A DNA stretch of 64,000 bases, from assembly GCA_900315335.1 (NCBI GenBank), contig OMYR01000018.1:3516-67515 (forward strand). Reading direction: 5' to 3'. Source of the stretch: an uncultured Bacteroidales bacterium (GTDB taxonomy: Bacteria; Bacteroidota; Bacteroidia; Bacteroidales; P3). The notes under the pieces are model-generated. The model was not told where the DNA came from, ran no database searches, and was given only the letters and a program-made list of their open reading frames with translations. This document shows positions 63,615 through 64,000 of this stretch, one piece after another. Position 1 is the stretch's first letter. Each line of letters starts with the position of its first letter. A program made the position numbers and the translations under genes.

Positions 63615-64000
63615 ATTTAACCTTTATATCTCCGCCTACTGTCAGAGCAGAAATGCCATCGTCATCTATATGTCCAATCCTAATCAGGTCATTGCTGTGT
63701 GACCAGTTCTTGCAAAAAATAGCCACGTTGCCCCACGGAGCATATATCGTAATATCGCCGGGAACAGGTGCGCAACCGCGTTTTACCCCTTCAAGTGTCA
63801 AAGCCGGATCAGGATAAAATATTTTCTCTGTCGTATTATTAAAGTCGTTCAGCGTAACTTCCAACGGCAGACGGGAAAGGAAATCCCTGCCTGCCGCATT
63901 GTCTTCCATTGTGGCGGAAATTATCCGGTCGCCTACTATGATGTTCACTTTCAAAGAAGTTGCGTCCGGCGTATCGGGTTCGCCCGGTTCTTCCCGGCTT
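63580..64000 (-). CDS. Cyclophilin-like-fold protein, partial (5' end beyond the right window edge)
   Basis: The ORF track starts at a TTG (63954), but the frame stays open to nt 64000. My hand translation upstream reads SREEPGEPDTPDATS, a typical post-lipobox linker. The core is VNIIVGDRIISATMEDNAAGRDFLSRLPL...GDITIYAPWGNVAIF. Confidence 0.65.
   Translation of the reverse strand, partial: SREEPGEPDTPDATSLKVNIIVGDRIISATMEDNAAGRDFLSRLPLEVTLNDFNNTTEKIFYPDPALTLEGVKRGCAPVPGDITIYAPWGNVAIFCKNWSHSNDLIRIGHIDDDGISALTVGGDIKVKFEKNKYDNRRF

Noticed and set aside
56983-64000. Calling the right-hand segment a prophage or ICE
   Set aside because: No integrase, conjugation, capsid or tRNA-att signals occur within the window. 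Only the IS, the compositional shift and the broken genes are visible, so only foreign origin or rearrangement is claimed.

Overview
The window is about 64 kb of a low-GC Bacteroidota (Bacteroidales-like) chromosome. Spot counts on single 60-nt lines give roughly one third GC. The taxonomic call rests on three things: TAnnTTTG -7 boxes upstream of many genes, several proteins ending in type-A T9SS C-terminal sorting domains, and a gingipain-type C25 peptidase.

Positions 1-56.4 kb are mostly housekeeping and envelope genes. These include pcm, rpsT, a TatD-family hydrolase, rnpA-yidD, an LD-carboxypeptidase, a flavodiiron protein, adenine deaminase, glutaminase, waaA, an Omp85-family protein, pyrH, a C69 dipeptidase, queA, ackA, aspS, one tRNA-Glu and a class A beta-lactamase.

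The supplied ORF track misses three real features:
- a giant modular surface protein on the minus strand (1-5266, 3' end off-window);
- a 56-aa 2x[4Fe-4S] ferredoxin (8001-8171);
- the partial cyclophilin-like ORF at the right edge.

From about 56.98 kb the composition changes. An IS4-family element with no target-site duplication truncates a MurG-like gene. It is followed by a four-gene Nudix/macro-like cassette at mid GC, a truncated flavodoxin gene, and a roughly 50% GC cluster of signal-peptide-bearing redox enzymes.

The signals I think most deserve follow-up are:
1. A dispersed family of 21-bp-phased degenerate tandem repeats. Each unit is a short TTAGT...ACTAA-type palindromic word plus an A-tract. 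I found at least 12 loci, two of them in frame inside CDSs.
2. A 207-bp inverted-repeat element (46089-46295) built from 21-bp iterons and three 23-bp-spaced perfect palindromes.
3. The IS-flanked ADP-ribose-themed cassette (58.6-61.1 kb), which contains two proteins I cannot place in any family.

All family assignments are from motif recognition by eye. No searches were run.
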